Of a DNA stretch of 12,721 nt, positions 1 to 7,764 are shown piece after piece. The notes beneath the pieces were generated by a model. The model was not told where the DNA came from, did no database searches, and saw only the letters and a list, made by a program, of their open reading frames with translations. Each line of letters begins with the position of its first letter. Position 1 is the stretch's first letter. The DNA is from Planctomycetales bacterium (GTDB lineage Bacteria > 4484-113), in contig JBBIJQ010000034.1 of the NCBI GenBank assembly GCA_037445915.1, positions 1 to 12,721 on the forward strand, written 5' to 3'. The translations under genes were made by a program, and so were the position numbers.

Positions 1-468
1 GCCGTACATAAGCTGCGAGCCGAATTCGCCGATGCCGCCCTCGGCAGCGATGCCGCGCAGGTCTTCACGGCTGCGCTCCGCCAGCAAGTCTTCATACCAC
101 GCCTTGATGTCCAGCCCCGTGCAGTCAACAATGCAATTGACCTTGCGTGAGGCTTCCTCAACCGTGACGGCGTCGGGGTAGCGGTAGCCGTGGAAGCTCG
201 CTTCGCGGAAGCGCTCCTTCACCTCGCCCTGCACCGCGAGCTTGATGCCGTATTGCTCGTGAAGGCGCCGCATCCGGCCGATGTTCTCGGGGCGCCATGC
301 GCGCTTGGCGATGAACAGCTCGGCTTTCGGCATCGCCACGCGAAGAAGCATTGCCGTCGGTATGGCTACCGCGCCCGTGCCGATGACCATTACTGAATAC
401 CCGTCGCCGTCGGGGAGCTTCCGCCCCGCCCCTGCCGCCGCGCCGTCCACAGACCTATTTGGAGCCAT
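1..468 (-). CDS. NAD(P)-binding Rossmann-fold dehydrogenase resembling archaeal-type (class II) glyceraldehyde-3-phosphate dehydrogenase; N-terminal 156 aa, runs off the left edge
   Basis: Translated by hand (not in the ORF track because it has no stop in the window). ATG at 468 with GGAGG (474-478) 5 nt upstream; frame open to base 1: MAPNRSVDGAAAGAGRKLPDGDGYSVMVIGTGAVAIPTAMLL...FIAKRAW...VTVEEASRKVNCIVDCTG...RGIAAEGGIGEFG. The VIGTGAV dinucleotide-binding motif, IVDCT and xxEGG match the order of class II GAPDH motifs (GYGTIG / VVDATP / FQGG) as recalled. The catalytic Cys region lies outside the window. Confidence 0.6.
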   Translation of the reverse strand, partial: MAPNRSVDGAAAGAGRKLPDGDGYSVMVIGTGAVAIPTAMLLRVAMPKAELFIAKRAWRPENIGRMRRLHEQYGIKLAVQGEVKERFREASFHGYRYPDAVTVEEASRKVNCIVDCTGLDIKAWYEDLLAERSREDLRGIAAEGGIGEFGSQLMYG

Positions 469-496
469 TGCATCCTCCCAGGATAGATTCGAGGAG

Positions 497-505
497 ATTC
501 TAACA
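497..505 (-). promoter_or_regulatory. Extended -10 promoter element (TGTTAGAAT) for the GAPDH-like gene
   Basis: The minus strand reads TG-T-TAGAAT about 30 nt upstream of the ATG at 468. The same 9-mer precedes the tRNA gene. Confidence 0.55.
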
Positions 506-546
506 TGCAACGAAATGTGAGGCTCTATTTGAGCTAATTGAAGCCC

Positions 547-1602
547 CTACTTGCTGAAGTGGACGGTGATGATGTCGCCGTTGCGGATGATGTATTCCTT
601 GCCTTCAAGGCGGTGCTTGCCTGCCGGCTTCGCCTTGTCAAGCGAGCCAAGAGCTATAAGCTCAGCGGCGTTGATGACTTCGGCGCGGATGAAACCATGC
701 GCAATATCGGTGTGTATGATGCCCGCGGCTTGCAGCGCGGTTGAGCCGCCAGCGACAGTCCATGCGCGCAGCTCTTTCTCATTGTATGTGTAAAACGTAA
801 AATGCCCCAGAGTGGGCAGCAGCGCGCTTTCAACCGGCGGCATCAGCGGCCCGGTGACGCCGTAAAGCTCCCTGAACTCGTCCTGTTCATCCTCGGGTAT
901 CGCGGCAAGCTCCGCCGCGAGGCTCACCGGCAGCGCAACCCAGCGCGTTATGCCTTCCTCGCCGTCAAGCGCTTGCGCAAAATCCTTGTGCAGCGCTGCG
1001 TCCACGATCTTGTCGCCGGTGTTGATGATGAGCAGCATCGGCTTTGCAGTGAGCAGCGCCAAGTCGCCAAGCTCGGTGCGCTCCTCCGGCGTGAGCTTCG
1101 CGCACAAGCCCTCCCCCGCCTCCAGCATCGCAACCACACGCGCCAGGAGCTTGTATCGCGGGTCGTCCTCAGCGTGCTTCACCGACTTAAGCTTCGTGCG
1201 CAGGTTAGTCAGCGCGCTTTCGGAGCAAGAGTAATCGGTAAGCACTAGCTCCTGATGGAACGCCTGCCACGCCTTTGCCGCCTCCTCGCCGCTTTCCGCC
1301 TTCAGCACAATGAGCGCCAGATCGGCCTTGCGTATCTCAGGGAGTATGCGGCTCATAAGCTTGGGCGGCGTGCCTTTTCCAAAGCCGGGGAAATCCAGCA
1401 GCGAATACTGCGCGTGGACAACCTTGCGCCCGGGAAGAAGCCTATGCAACGCTTCCAGCTGCGCGTCTTGCGCATTCAGGGTTGCGACCGGCGGCGTGAA
1501 TGTCTCCGAAAGCACTGCATCCTTTGGCTCTTCGCCTGAAAGCAGGCCAAAGAGCGCGCTCTTGCCGGTGGCTTCAGGCCCGATTATGCAGATTCGCAGC
1601 AT
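547..1602 (-). CDS. ychF: YchF/OLA1-like Obg-family ATPase with C-terminal TGS (YchF-C) domain and a divergent G domain, 351 aa
   Basis: The C-terminus is typical of YchF: LLTAKP, ELRAWTV...TALQAAGIIHTDIAHGFIRAEVI...AGKHRLEGKEYIIRNGDII. Walker A is GPEATGKS and the G3-like motif is DFPG. Start re-called at ATG 1602 (MLRICIIG, aligning with the YchF N-terminus), because the 1791 start overlaps the divergent flavoprotein gene. Confidence 0.85.
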   Translation of the reverse strand: MLRICIIGPEATGKSALFGLLSGEEPKDAVLSETFTPPVATLNAQDAQLEALHRLLPGRKVVHAQYSLLDFPGFGKGTPPKLMSRILPEIRKADLALIVLKAESGEEAAKAWQAFHQELVLTDYSCSESALTNLRTKLKSVKHAEDDPRYKLLARVVAMLEAGEGLCAKLTPEERTELGDLALLTAKPMLLIINTGDKIVDAALHKDFAQALDGEEGITRWVALPVSLAAELAAIPEDEQDEFRELYGVTGPLMPPVESALLPTLGHFTFYTYNEKELRAWTVAGGSTALQAAGIIHTDIAHGFIRAEVINAAELIALGSLDKAKPAGKHRLEGKEYIIRNGDIITVHFSK

Positions 1603-1621
1603 GGCGGAATTTCCCGCCCGC

Positions 1622-1653
1622 ATTATATCAGCAAGCGCGCGTTCTGCTAGAAT
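1622..1653. promoter_or_regulatory. Back-to-back extended -10 promoters for ychF (minus, TGATATAAT 1630-1622) and the flavoprotein gene (plus, TGCTAGAAT 1645-1653)
   Basis: The 70-bp divergent spacer contains a perfect TGnTATAAT on the minus strand and TGnTAGAAT on the plus strand, each 19 nt before its start codon. Confidence 0.6.
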
Positions 1654-1672
1654 CCCCGCGCGGAGGAATGCT

Positions 1673-2236
1673 ATGAAGATAATGATGATATTCGGCAGCC
1701 CGCGCAAGCTGGGCAACACTGCTAAAGTTTCCGCTTGGGCGGAGGAAGAGCTGCGCGCGATGGGGCACGAGGTTGAGCACCTTGACCTCACCGACCACCC
1801 CTTCCGAGGCTGCGCCGGGTGCTACCACTGCAAGAAAGACCCGCATACGCCGCACTGTGCGCATACCGATGAGGGCAACGATGTCTTCGGGCGGCTGATT
1901 GGATGCGACGGGTTTATCCTCGCCTCGCCGCTGTTTTGCTGGGGTTTCAGTTCGCAGCTCAAGGCGTTCGTTGACCGCATGTTTTGCCTGGTAACGCCGA
2001 TGGCGGGCGGCAACTTCAGCCTCATTGAAGGCAGGCGCGCGGCGATGATAATCACCAGCGCCGGCCCGGTGGAGGGCAACGCGGACATAATGCGCACCGT
2101 TTTCCAGCGCGCGATGAACTACGTGCAGTGCGAAAACAAGTGCGAACTCATCGTCCCCTTCTGCGTAACGCCCGATTCCATCAGCGCCGAAGTTGAAGCG
2201 CAGGCGCGCGACCTCGCCCGCAAGCTTGTGCGGTAA
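1673..2236 (+). CDS. Iron-sulfur flavoprotein (Isf) / NADPH-dependent FMN reductase-flavodoxin family protein, 187 aa
   Basis: ATG 1673 with GGAGG at 1662-1666. Motifs: FMN-phosphate loop GSPRKLGNT; Cys cluster CAGCYHC-X8-C (Isf-type CX2CX2CXnC for 4Fe-4S); ILASPLFCWGFSSQLKAFVDR. Confidence 0.88.
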   Translation: MKIMMIFGSPRKLGNTAKVSAWAEEELRAMGHEVEHLDLTDHPFRGCAGCYHCKKDPHTPHCAHTDEGNDVFGRLIGCDGFILASPLFCWGFSSQLKAFVDRMFCLVTPMAGGNFSLIEGRRAAMIITSAGPVEGNADIMRTVFQRAMNYVQCENKCELIVPFCVTPDSISAEVEAQARDLARKLVR

Positions 2237-2251
2237 CGGTGGGGCTAAGGC

Positions 2252-2279
2252 TTGCCCCTGCGCAATCTTGTGTTAGAAT
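2252..2279 (+). promoter_or_regulatory. sigma70-type promoter of tRNA-Pro
   Basis: TTGCCC (2252-2257), a 16-nt spacer, then TAGAAT (2274-2279) with extended TG at 2271-2272; 35 nt upstream of the tRNA. Confidence 0.55.
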
Positions 2280-2314
2280 GTAGAAGGCGCCGCTTCGTGC
2301 GCCTGTTGTTTCAT

Positions 2315-2389
2315 CGGGGTGTGGCTCAGCCCGGTTAGAGCGCAGCGTTCGGGACGCTGAGGTCGGCAGTTCAAATCTGCCCACCCCGA
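2315..2389 (+). tRNA. tRNA-Pro(CGG); 3' CCA not encoded
   Basis: Acceptor stem CGGGGTG/CACCCCG (C1-G72, A73 Pro identity); D arm GCTC..GAGC; anticodon stem CAGCG/CGCTG with loop TT-CGG-GA (anticodon 2350-2352); T arm GGCAG-TTCAAAT-CTGCC. The discriminator is followed by CAT, not CCA. Confidence 0.97.
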
Positions 2390-2501
2390 CATTTCCCCCT
2401 GACTCACCTGCGGGATAACCAGCCAGATATTTTTGCACAGCTATTTCCGCCATTCGCTTATAGCACTGCAGCTTGCCAGGCGGTACTATGCGCTGGTTAT
2501 C

Positions 2502-2909
2502 ATGGGAAAATATTCCAAGAAACTGATGGTGCTTTTCGTGGACAGCGACGAACGTTCGCTTGCATTATACCGCGCCGTCTCCTTGGATGAGGGCATTGAC
2601 TGCGCCACCGCCGACAGCGCGGAGGCAGCGATGGAAACACTCAAGGCGAACCGCCCCGACTCCATCATCCTTGACATGCACTTGCCCGGCATCAGCGGCC
2701 TTGCGTTCTGCTTGCGCTTGAAGAACGCCCGGCTAACCAAGGGTATTCCAATTGGCATCATCCTTAGCCGCCCTGAAGACAAAATGCAAATCGGCAGCCT
2801 CTCCTTAAGCGCGGATGAGTTGCTTTACAAGCCCCTTACACCTGTAGATCTGAAAGCGCGCCTGAGGAACCTGCTCGGGCTAAGCCACAAAGCCCCGCCA
2901 AGCGCCTAA
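2502..2909 (+). CDS. Single-domain (CheY-like) response regulator receiver protein, about 135 aa
   Basis: Receiver motifs VLFVDSD, PDSIILDMHLPGISG (phospho-acceptor Asp), IPIGIILS and ADELLYKP (conserved Lys-Pro), with no output domain. ATG 2502 is preferred over TTG 2433; no clear SD, so the start is uncertain. Confidence 0.8.
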   Translation: MGKYSKKLMVLFVDSDERSLALYRAVSLDEGIDCATADSAEAAMETLKANRPDSIILDMHLPGISGLAFCLRLKNARLTKGIPIGIILSRPEDKMQIGSLSLSADELLYKPLTPVDLKARLRNLLGLSHKAPPSA

Positions 2910-3160
2910 CGCGCTTTCCTACAAGCTTACGCCGCCATGCCCCATCGCTAAAGTACCGCAATAACCGCAACTCCCGCTTGCGCCTATCACGCAATGTCTG
3001 CCCGCTGCGCGAGTTACTTGCTTTCAGCAATGAGTTAACTTGGCATAGCAAAGCGTGCGGCGGCAGAGTAGCGATTAAGAATCCACTCGTTCCCCTTAGC
3101 CCAAAGGAAAACACTTTGTGGCTACTACGCCGCGAACGTTGTAAGCCTCTGGGGGCCTTG

Positions 3161-3835
3161 CTAAGCGCCTTCAATCATATCGGATGTGTGGTGGCGGACG
3201 ATCTTGCCCTCAATCATGTATATAAGGTCTTCAGCGATGTTCGTGATATGGTCTGCCACTCGCTCCATATGACGCGCAATTGAAAGTAGGTCTAGCAGGT
3301 ACTCGGCTTCGTCGGGATGTTCCCTCAGCCTTGCCCGGATAGTTGCGGAAGCAGCGTGCTTCATCTCGTCCACATCACTATCCATTGCCAGCGCCTTCCA
3401 TGCTTTGGCGGCATCAAGCTCTACAAGCGCGTCCACAACCTCTTTTAGCATAAGCTGCGCTTTTTCCGCCATGGCCGGCAAGTCGAGGAATTCCTTTCGC
3501 AGCTTATATGGCACTAGACGGTTGGCCTTGCTGGCAACGCTTACCGCAAAGTCCCCAATCCTCTCAAGGTCGCGGTTCATTTTCAGCACGGTAACGATAA
3601 AGCGCAAGTCTATGGCGACAGGCTGGTGAAGAGCAAGTATCTTCAAACATTCTTCTTCAACTTCAACTTCCATCACGTCAATTCTCTCGTCGTATTCGCA
3701 AACGCTTTGCGCAAGTGCGCTGTCGCTGTTGGCAACAGCCTTTACAGCTTTGTGCAGGCTATCAGAGACATCTGCAGTCAGCAGTAAGAGCATTCTCTTG
3801 AGCTTTTCAATTTCGCGGTGCAAGCGTGAAATCAT
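3161..3835 (-). CDS. phoU: Phosphate signalling complex protein PhoU, 224 aa
   Basis: Two PhoU repeats: ILALHQPVAIDLR...DLERIGDFA and DSDVD...MERVADHITNIAE; last gene of the pst operon; AAGGA RBS. Confidence 0.97.
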   Translation of the reverse strand: MISRLHREIEKLKRMLLLLTADVSDSLHKAVKAVANSDSALAQSVCEYDERIDVMEVEVEEECLKILALHQPVAIDLRFIVTVLKMNRDLERIGDFAVSVASKANRLVPYKLRKEFLDLPAMAEKAQLMLKEVVDALVELDAAKAWKALAMDSDVDEMKHAASATIRARLREHPDEAEYLLDLLSIARHMERVADHITNIAEDLIYMIEGKIVRHHTSDMIEGA

Positions 3836-3845
3836 CGCCTAATCC

Positions 3846-4649
3846 TTAGCCAAACCGGCCAGTAATATAATCCTCAGTTCGCTTGTTAGAAGGGCGTTCA
3901 AAGAGCTGAAGCGTTGGGCCAAATTCCACAAGCACGCCCTCGTAAAGAAACGCCGTGTAATCAGAAACGCGAGCCGCCTGCTGCATGTTGTGCGTCACAA
4001 TCACGATGGTGTATTTTGATTTGAGAACGTGCAGCAGCTCTTCAATGCGCGATGTGCCTACCGGGTCTATGGCTGAACAAGGTTCGTCCAGCAAAAGCAC
4101 TTCCGGCTCGTTAGCCAGCGCACGCGCTATGCACAAGCGTTGTTGCTGGCCGCCGGAAAGCTCCAGTGCGCTCTTGCGCAGGCTGTCCTTCACTTCGTCC
4201 CAAAGGAACGCCTTGCGCAAACAGTCTTCCACGAGAGCGTCCAACTCGCTGCGCCGGTGGATGCCGAGTATCCTCGGCCCATAGGCGATGTTTTCGTAAA
4301 TAGATTTCGGAAAGGGATTAGGGCGCTGGAACACCATGCCGATGCGCACGCGGACTTCAATCGGGTCCAATGCAGGGCTATAAAGGTCTCTCTCGCGGTA
4401 AATAATCTTCCCAGCAAGCCTAAAGCCGGGCACGAAGTCGTTCATGCGGTTATAGCAGCGGATCAACGTGCTCTTGCCGCAACCGGAAGGACCTATAATG
4501 GCTGTTATATGGCGGGGAGTTATGGCGAAGGATACGCTATCCAGCACCTGCTTGGCGCCATACCACACGCTTACATTCTGCGTATCCAGCGCTGGGGGCG
4601 TGGGCATAGCCGCGCCCAACCAAAGCTCAGGCGCACGAGTATCAGGCAT
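3846..4649 (-). CDS. pstB: Phosphate ABC transporter ATP-binding protein PstB, about 267 aa
   Basis: Walker [31 protein letters not shown], signature [29 protein letters not shown], and C-terminal [10 protein letters not shown]. Start placed at ATG 4649, which overlaps the pstA stop as TAATG; 4655 is an alternative. Confidence 0.96.
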   Translation of the reverse strand: MPDTRAPELWLGAAMPTPPALDTQNVSVWYGAKQVLDSVSFAITPRHITAIIGPSGCGKSTLIRCYNRMNDFVPGFRLAGKIIYRERDLYSPALDPIEVRVRIGMVFQRPNPFPKSIYENIAYGPRILGIHRRSELDALVEDCLRKAFLWDEVKDSLRKSALELSGGQQQRLCIARALANEPEVLLLDEPCSAIDPVGTSRIEELLHVLKSKYTIVIVTHNMQQAARVSDYTAFLYEGVLVEFGPTLQLFERPSNKRTEDYITGRFG

Positions 4650-5530
4650 TACCATTGCAGCCGTTTTTGATACTTGTTTCGAAGCCATATAGCTACACCA
4701 TTAAGGCACAATAAGATTATCAGCAAAATAACTATGCCCGCAGCAGCATTCTCTTGGAACGCGGTCTGCGGGCGAGACACCCAGTTGAAAATCTGTATCG
4801 GTAGCGCGGAAAAGGGCGACTTGACGCTGTCCGGAAGGAACGCGACGTAAGTCAGCGCGCCGATTGTGATAAGCGGCGCAGCCTCGCCGATGGCGCGGGA
4901 TAGCGCGAGGATTATCCCTGTCAGAATGCCCGGCAGCCCCAGCGGCAGTACCTGGTTCCATACCGTCTCCCACTTCGTTGCCCCGAGGGCATACGAAGCG
5001 TGGCGGATAGAAGGCGGGACTGCGCGCAGCGCCTCGCGGGACGCCATGATGACGATTGGAAGGACCAGCAGCGCCATAGTCATCGCGCCTGCGAGTAGGC
5101 TTCGCCCAAGCTCCATCGTGCGCACGAACAACTCAAGCCCCAACAAGCCGTAGATGATTGATGGGACGCCGGCAAGGTTGGCGATGTTCAGTTCAATGAA
5201 GCGGGTCAGGCGGTTGTTGGCCGCATACTCTTCAAGGTAAATCGCAGCACCCACACCGATCGGAACCGCAATCGCAGCGGTCAGCAGCACGAGATAAACG
5301 CTACCTACAAGCGCGCCAAGAATGCCCGCTGAAGCGGCGCGCCGCGAAGGGAAGCTGGTAAGGAACTGCCAGTTAATTCGGGAAACGCCGTCGAGCATCA
5401 CATCAAGCAGGAATACCGCCAGTGCCAATAGCCCGAATACCACTGCGGCGCCGGCGACGATTGCGGACAGCTTATCGCGCGACTTCTGGCCGGCAGTGAT
5501 GTTCCTAAGCTTCGCGTCGCTGATTATCAT
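4649..5530 (-). CDS. pstA: Phosphate ABC transporter permease PstA, 293 aa
   Basis: [26 protein letters not shown]-loop EALRAVP...[10 protein letters not shown] and [14 protein letters not shown] overlap with the pstC stop. Confidence 0.96.
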   Translation of the reverse strand: MIISDAKLRNITAGQKSRDKLSAIVAGAAVVFGLLALAVFLLDVMLDGVSRINWQFLTSFPSRRAASAGILGALVGSVYLVLLTAAIAVPIGVGAAIYLEEYAANNRLTRFIELNIANLAGVPSIIYGLLGLELFVRTMELGRSLLAGAMTMALLVLPIVIMASREALRAVPPSIRHASYALGATKWETVWNQVLPLGLPGILTGIILALSRAIGEAAPLITIGALTYVAFLPDSVKSPFSALPIQIFNWVSRPQTAFQENAAAGIVILLIILLCLNGVAIWLRNKYQKRLQW

Positions 5531-6465
5531 TCGTATGCCTCGCGGAAGCGCTTGCGCAGGTAATGGCTAATGACATTTAGCAGAAGCGTGGATAGGAAAA
5601 GCATCATTCCAACGGCGAAGATGGTCTTGTGTTCCAGCGTGCCTGCGGGCGTGTCACCCAAACTCACCTGCACGATGTAAGCGGTCATTGTCTGCACGGG
5701 AACAAGCGGATTCAAAGTGAACTGCGCCTGCTGCCCGGCGGCGATAGCTACGATCATCGTCTCGCCGATGGCGCGCGAAACCGCGAGTATCCCTGCTGCA
5801 GTGATGCCGGAAAACGCAGAGGGAATAATTACCTTCAGCGCGATTTGGTATTTGGACGAGCCCAAGGCGGCCGCTGCGTCTTTCAGGCTGCGCGGGACTG
5901 CATACATCGCATCCTCGCTAAGCGACGCCATCATCGGCAGGATCATAATGCCCATTACAATGCCAGGACTCAGTGCGTTGAACGCCTGCAGCGACGGGAT
6001 GATATTCTGAAGCACAGGTGTAACAAACATCAATGCGAAATAGCCGTAAACGACAGTTGGTATTCCTGCGAGGATTTCAAGTATTGGCTTGATTATCCTG
6101 CGCGCGCGGTCGGGCGCGTATTCGGAAAGGAATACGGCGCTGAGGATTCCGAAGGGAAGCGAAACCGCCATCGCGATGACGGTGGTGAGCAGCGTTCCCA
6201 GCAACAGGGGGAGAATGCCGAAGTGTTGTTCTTCAAACAACGGCGTCCATTCGGTATCAAACAGGAAGCTTAACAGCGGGACTTCCATGAAGAAAGCCCA
6301 CGCTTCAAACATGAGCACGCCAATGATGCCTACGGTCGTGAGGATGGACAGCATTCCGAACAGCGACAAAACATTAAAAATTATGCGCTCTTGGAATCGG
6401 CTTTTCCGCCTGCCGGCGGATTGTTCTGAAAGTCCTTTCTTTTTGCTGATTACGGCCGATGACAT
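5527..6465 (-). CDS. pstC: Phosphate ABC transporter permease PstC, 312 aa
   Basis: [43 protein letters not shown] and [17 protein letters not shown]. Confidence 0.96.
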   Translation of the reverse strand: MSSAVISKKKGLSEQSAGRRKSRFQERIIFNVLSLFGMLSILTTVGIIGVLMFEAWAFFMEVPLLSFLFDTEWTPLFEEQHFGILPLLLGTLLTTVIAMAVSLPFGILSAVFLSEYAPDRARRIIKPILEILAGIPTVVYGYFALMFVTPVLQNIIPSLQAFNALSPGIVMGIMILPMMASLSEDAMYAVPRSLKDAAAALGSSKYQIALKVIIPSAFSGITAAGILAVSRAIGETMIVAIAAGQQAQFTLNPLVPVQTMTAYIVQVSLGDTPAGTLEHKTIFAVGMMLFLSTLLLNVISHYLRKRFREAYE

Positions 6466-6505
6466 TTCACTCCAAGGCAGTCCCTACCGCCTATGAGCCT
6501 GTTGA

Positions 6506-7534
6506 TTACTTTGCCTTCATGAGCTCGGCCAAAGGCTTATGTTTATTCGCTTCGTCAGCGTAAATAGTCCCTTTCGTTCGGGCAGCCCAACGCTGCTTTA
6601 CAGCATCAAGCAGTTGGTCGCTCAGCGGAACATAGCCAACTTCAGCAGACAGCGCCTTCCCGTTCTCCAAGAAGAAGTCCACGAAATCCGCAACCTCGGA
6701 ACGGCCATAGGATTTGTCGCTGATATACAGGAACAACGGGCGCGACAGGGGGGCATAAGTCCCATCGGCGACTGTCTCAGAACTGGGGCTAATAGGGCCT
6801 GCACCATTCGCCTTGTTATCATCATCAATCGGCACGGCTTTCAGCTTATCCATGTTCTCCTCGTAATAAGCCATGCCGAAGTAACCAAGAGAATACACAT
6901 CACGGGCGACGCCCTGCACCAGCATGTTGTCGTCCTCGCTCGCTGTATAGTCGGGGCGGCATGATTTCGCCTTGCCGACTATGGCCTCTGTAAAGTATTC
7001 AAAAGTTCCCGAGTCGGTGCCGGGGCCGTAGAGCTGGATGTCTTTCTCGGGCCAGCCCTTGCGAATGTCGCTCCACTTCATGACATTGCCTTTAGCCTCG
7101 GGAGCCCAGAGCTTTTTCAACTCAGCCACAGACATGCTTTCGCACCACGTGTTCTTTGGATTAACAACCACCGTCAATCCGTCAAAGGCAATGGGCAGTT
7201 CCACAAAGCCGATGCCTGCCTCCTCTGCCTGCTGAATCTCAGTATCTTTGATGGGTCGCGAAGCATTGGTGATATCCAGCTCGCTGCGGACGAGTTTCTT
7301 GAAGCCGCCACCTGTGCCGGATATGCCTACTGTAACTTGAACGCCCTTGTGGCTGTTCTGAAACTCCTCGGCGACAGCTTCTGTGATTGGATAAACGGTA
7401 CTTGAGCCGTCAATCGTTACGGTAGAAGTTTTAGCGGTTGGAGCCTTCTCGGTTTCCTGGCTTGGAGCTTGATTGCAGGCAGATAAGACTGCCACGGCGA
7501 ACACCAGAATTATTGGCACAATGAAACGATTCAT
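6506..7534 (-). CDS. pstS: Phosphate ABC transporter substrate-binding protein PstS (lipoprotein copy), 342 aa
   Basis: [26 protein letters not shown] and YAPLSRPLF motifs; lipobox VLSA|C at residue 20; GGAGGAG RBS. Confidence 0.95.
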   Translation of the reverse strand: MNRFIVPIILVFAVAVLSACNQAPSQETEKAPTAKTSTVTIDGSSTVYPITEAVAEEFQNSHKGVQVTVGISGTGGGFKKLVRSELDITNASRPIKDTEIQQAEEAGIGFVELPIAFDGLTVVVNPKNTWCESMSVAELKKLWAPEAKGNVMKWSDIRKGWPEKDIQLYGPGTDSGTFEYFTEAIVGKAKSCRPDYTASEDDNMLVQGVARDVYSLGYFGMAYYEENMDKLKAVPIDDDNKANGAGPISPSSETVADGTYAPLSRPLFLYISDKSYGRSEVADFVDFFLENGKALSAEVGYVPLSDQLLDAVKQRWAARTKGTIYADEANKHKPLAELMKAK

Positions 7535-7599
7535 CAGTTACTCCTCCACAAAAACACCGCTGTCTGCGGTGTTGCTTTAAAGTACGCGTTTAGTGCTAG

Positions 7600-7632
7600 A
7601 CAATAGCTTGAGGATTGTTAGGATTGTGTTAG
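7600..7632 (-). promoter_or_regulatory. Pho-box-like tandem repeat plus -10 element upstream of the pstC-proximal pstS
   Basis: Minus strand: CTAACA (7632-7627), 5 nt, CTAACA (7621-7616), i.e. an 11-bp period; then 10 nt and TATTGT (7605-7600). This resembles PhoP TT(A/T/C)ACA repeats and the Pho box/-10 geometry. Confidence 0.65.
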
Positions 7633-7686
7633 CGTTTCTTGATGTGAGACAAAAGCGAACTGAAATTCGCTCAAAGGCACTTAAGC

Positions 7687-7743
7687 TTGGAAACCGGTGT
7701 TTCCAACGGCAGGCCTGGGGCTGTGCTTTGCCCCAGGCCTGCC
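7687..7743. terminator. Tandem stem-loops downstream of the porin-proximal pstS (terminator or mRNA-stabilising element)
   Basis: Perfect 14-bp inverted repeat GGCAGGCCTGGGGC (7708-7721) / GCCCCAGGCCTGCC (7730-7743), abutting an 8-bp inverted repeat TTGGAAAC (7687-7694) / GTTTCCAA (7699-7706). It begins 21 nt after the stop codon; there is no U-tract on the coding strand. Confidence 0.6.
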
Positions 7744-7764
7744 ATCTGTGAAGGAGGTCGGTTC

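Noticed and set aside
1310..1672. 121-aa N-terminal extension of the flavoprotein ORF (track start 1310)
   Set aside because: It is antisense to ychF. A strong SD and the family N-terminus (MKIMMIFGSPR) place the start at 1673.
1603..1791. 63-aa N-terminal extension of the YchF ORF (track start 1791)
   Set aside because: It overlaps the flavoprotein gene on the opposite strand and runs through the TGATATAAT promoter; YchF homology begins at Met 1602.
2271..2276. TGTTAG (reverse complement of the CTAACA Pho half site) upstream of the tRNA
   Set aside because: It is a single site with no partner at 11 bp and is fully explained as part of the extended -10 TGTTAGAAT.
2241..2304. Small hairpins GGGGC/GCCCC (2241-2258) and AGGCGC/GCGCCT (2285-2304) between the flavoprotein gene and the tRNA
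   Set aside because: The 5-6 bp stems lack a convincing U-tract and are common by chance at this GC content; not enough to call a terminator or RNA element.
2836..3283. ORFs 2836..3174 (-) and 2978..3283 (+) spanning the receiver-phoU gap
   Set aside because: No recognisable domain, Arg/Ser/Leu-rich non-coding-like composition, and both overlap real genes.
4650..4688. pstB start at 4688, giving a 40-nt overlap with pstA
   Set aside because: The TAATG stop/start coupling at 4651-4647 is a more economical start and matches the coupled junctions elsewhere in the operon.
4829..4840. GTCCGGAAGGAA, resembling the SRP RNA helix 8 tetraloop region
   Set aside because: It lies antisense within pstA (codons for FLPD), and lacks the flanking CAGG...AGCAG motif and the long SRP stem.
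7643..7648. Third CTCACA half site upstream of the proximal pstS (and GTCACA at 10469-10464 upstream of the porin)
   Set aside because: Out of 11-bp phase (16 and 9 bp from the neighbouring site), so not counted in the Pho boxes.
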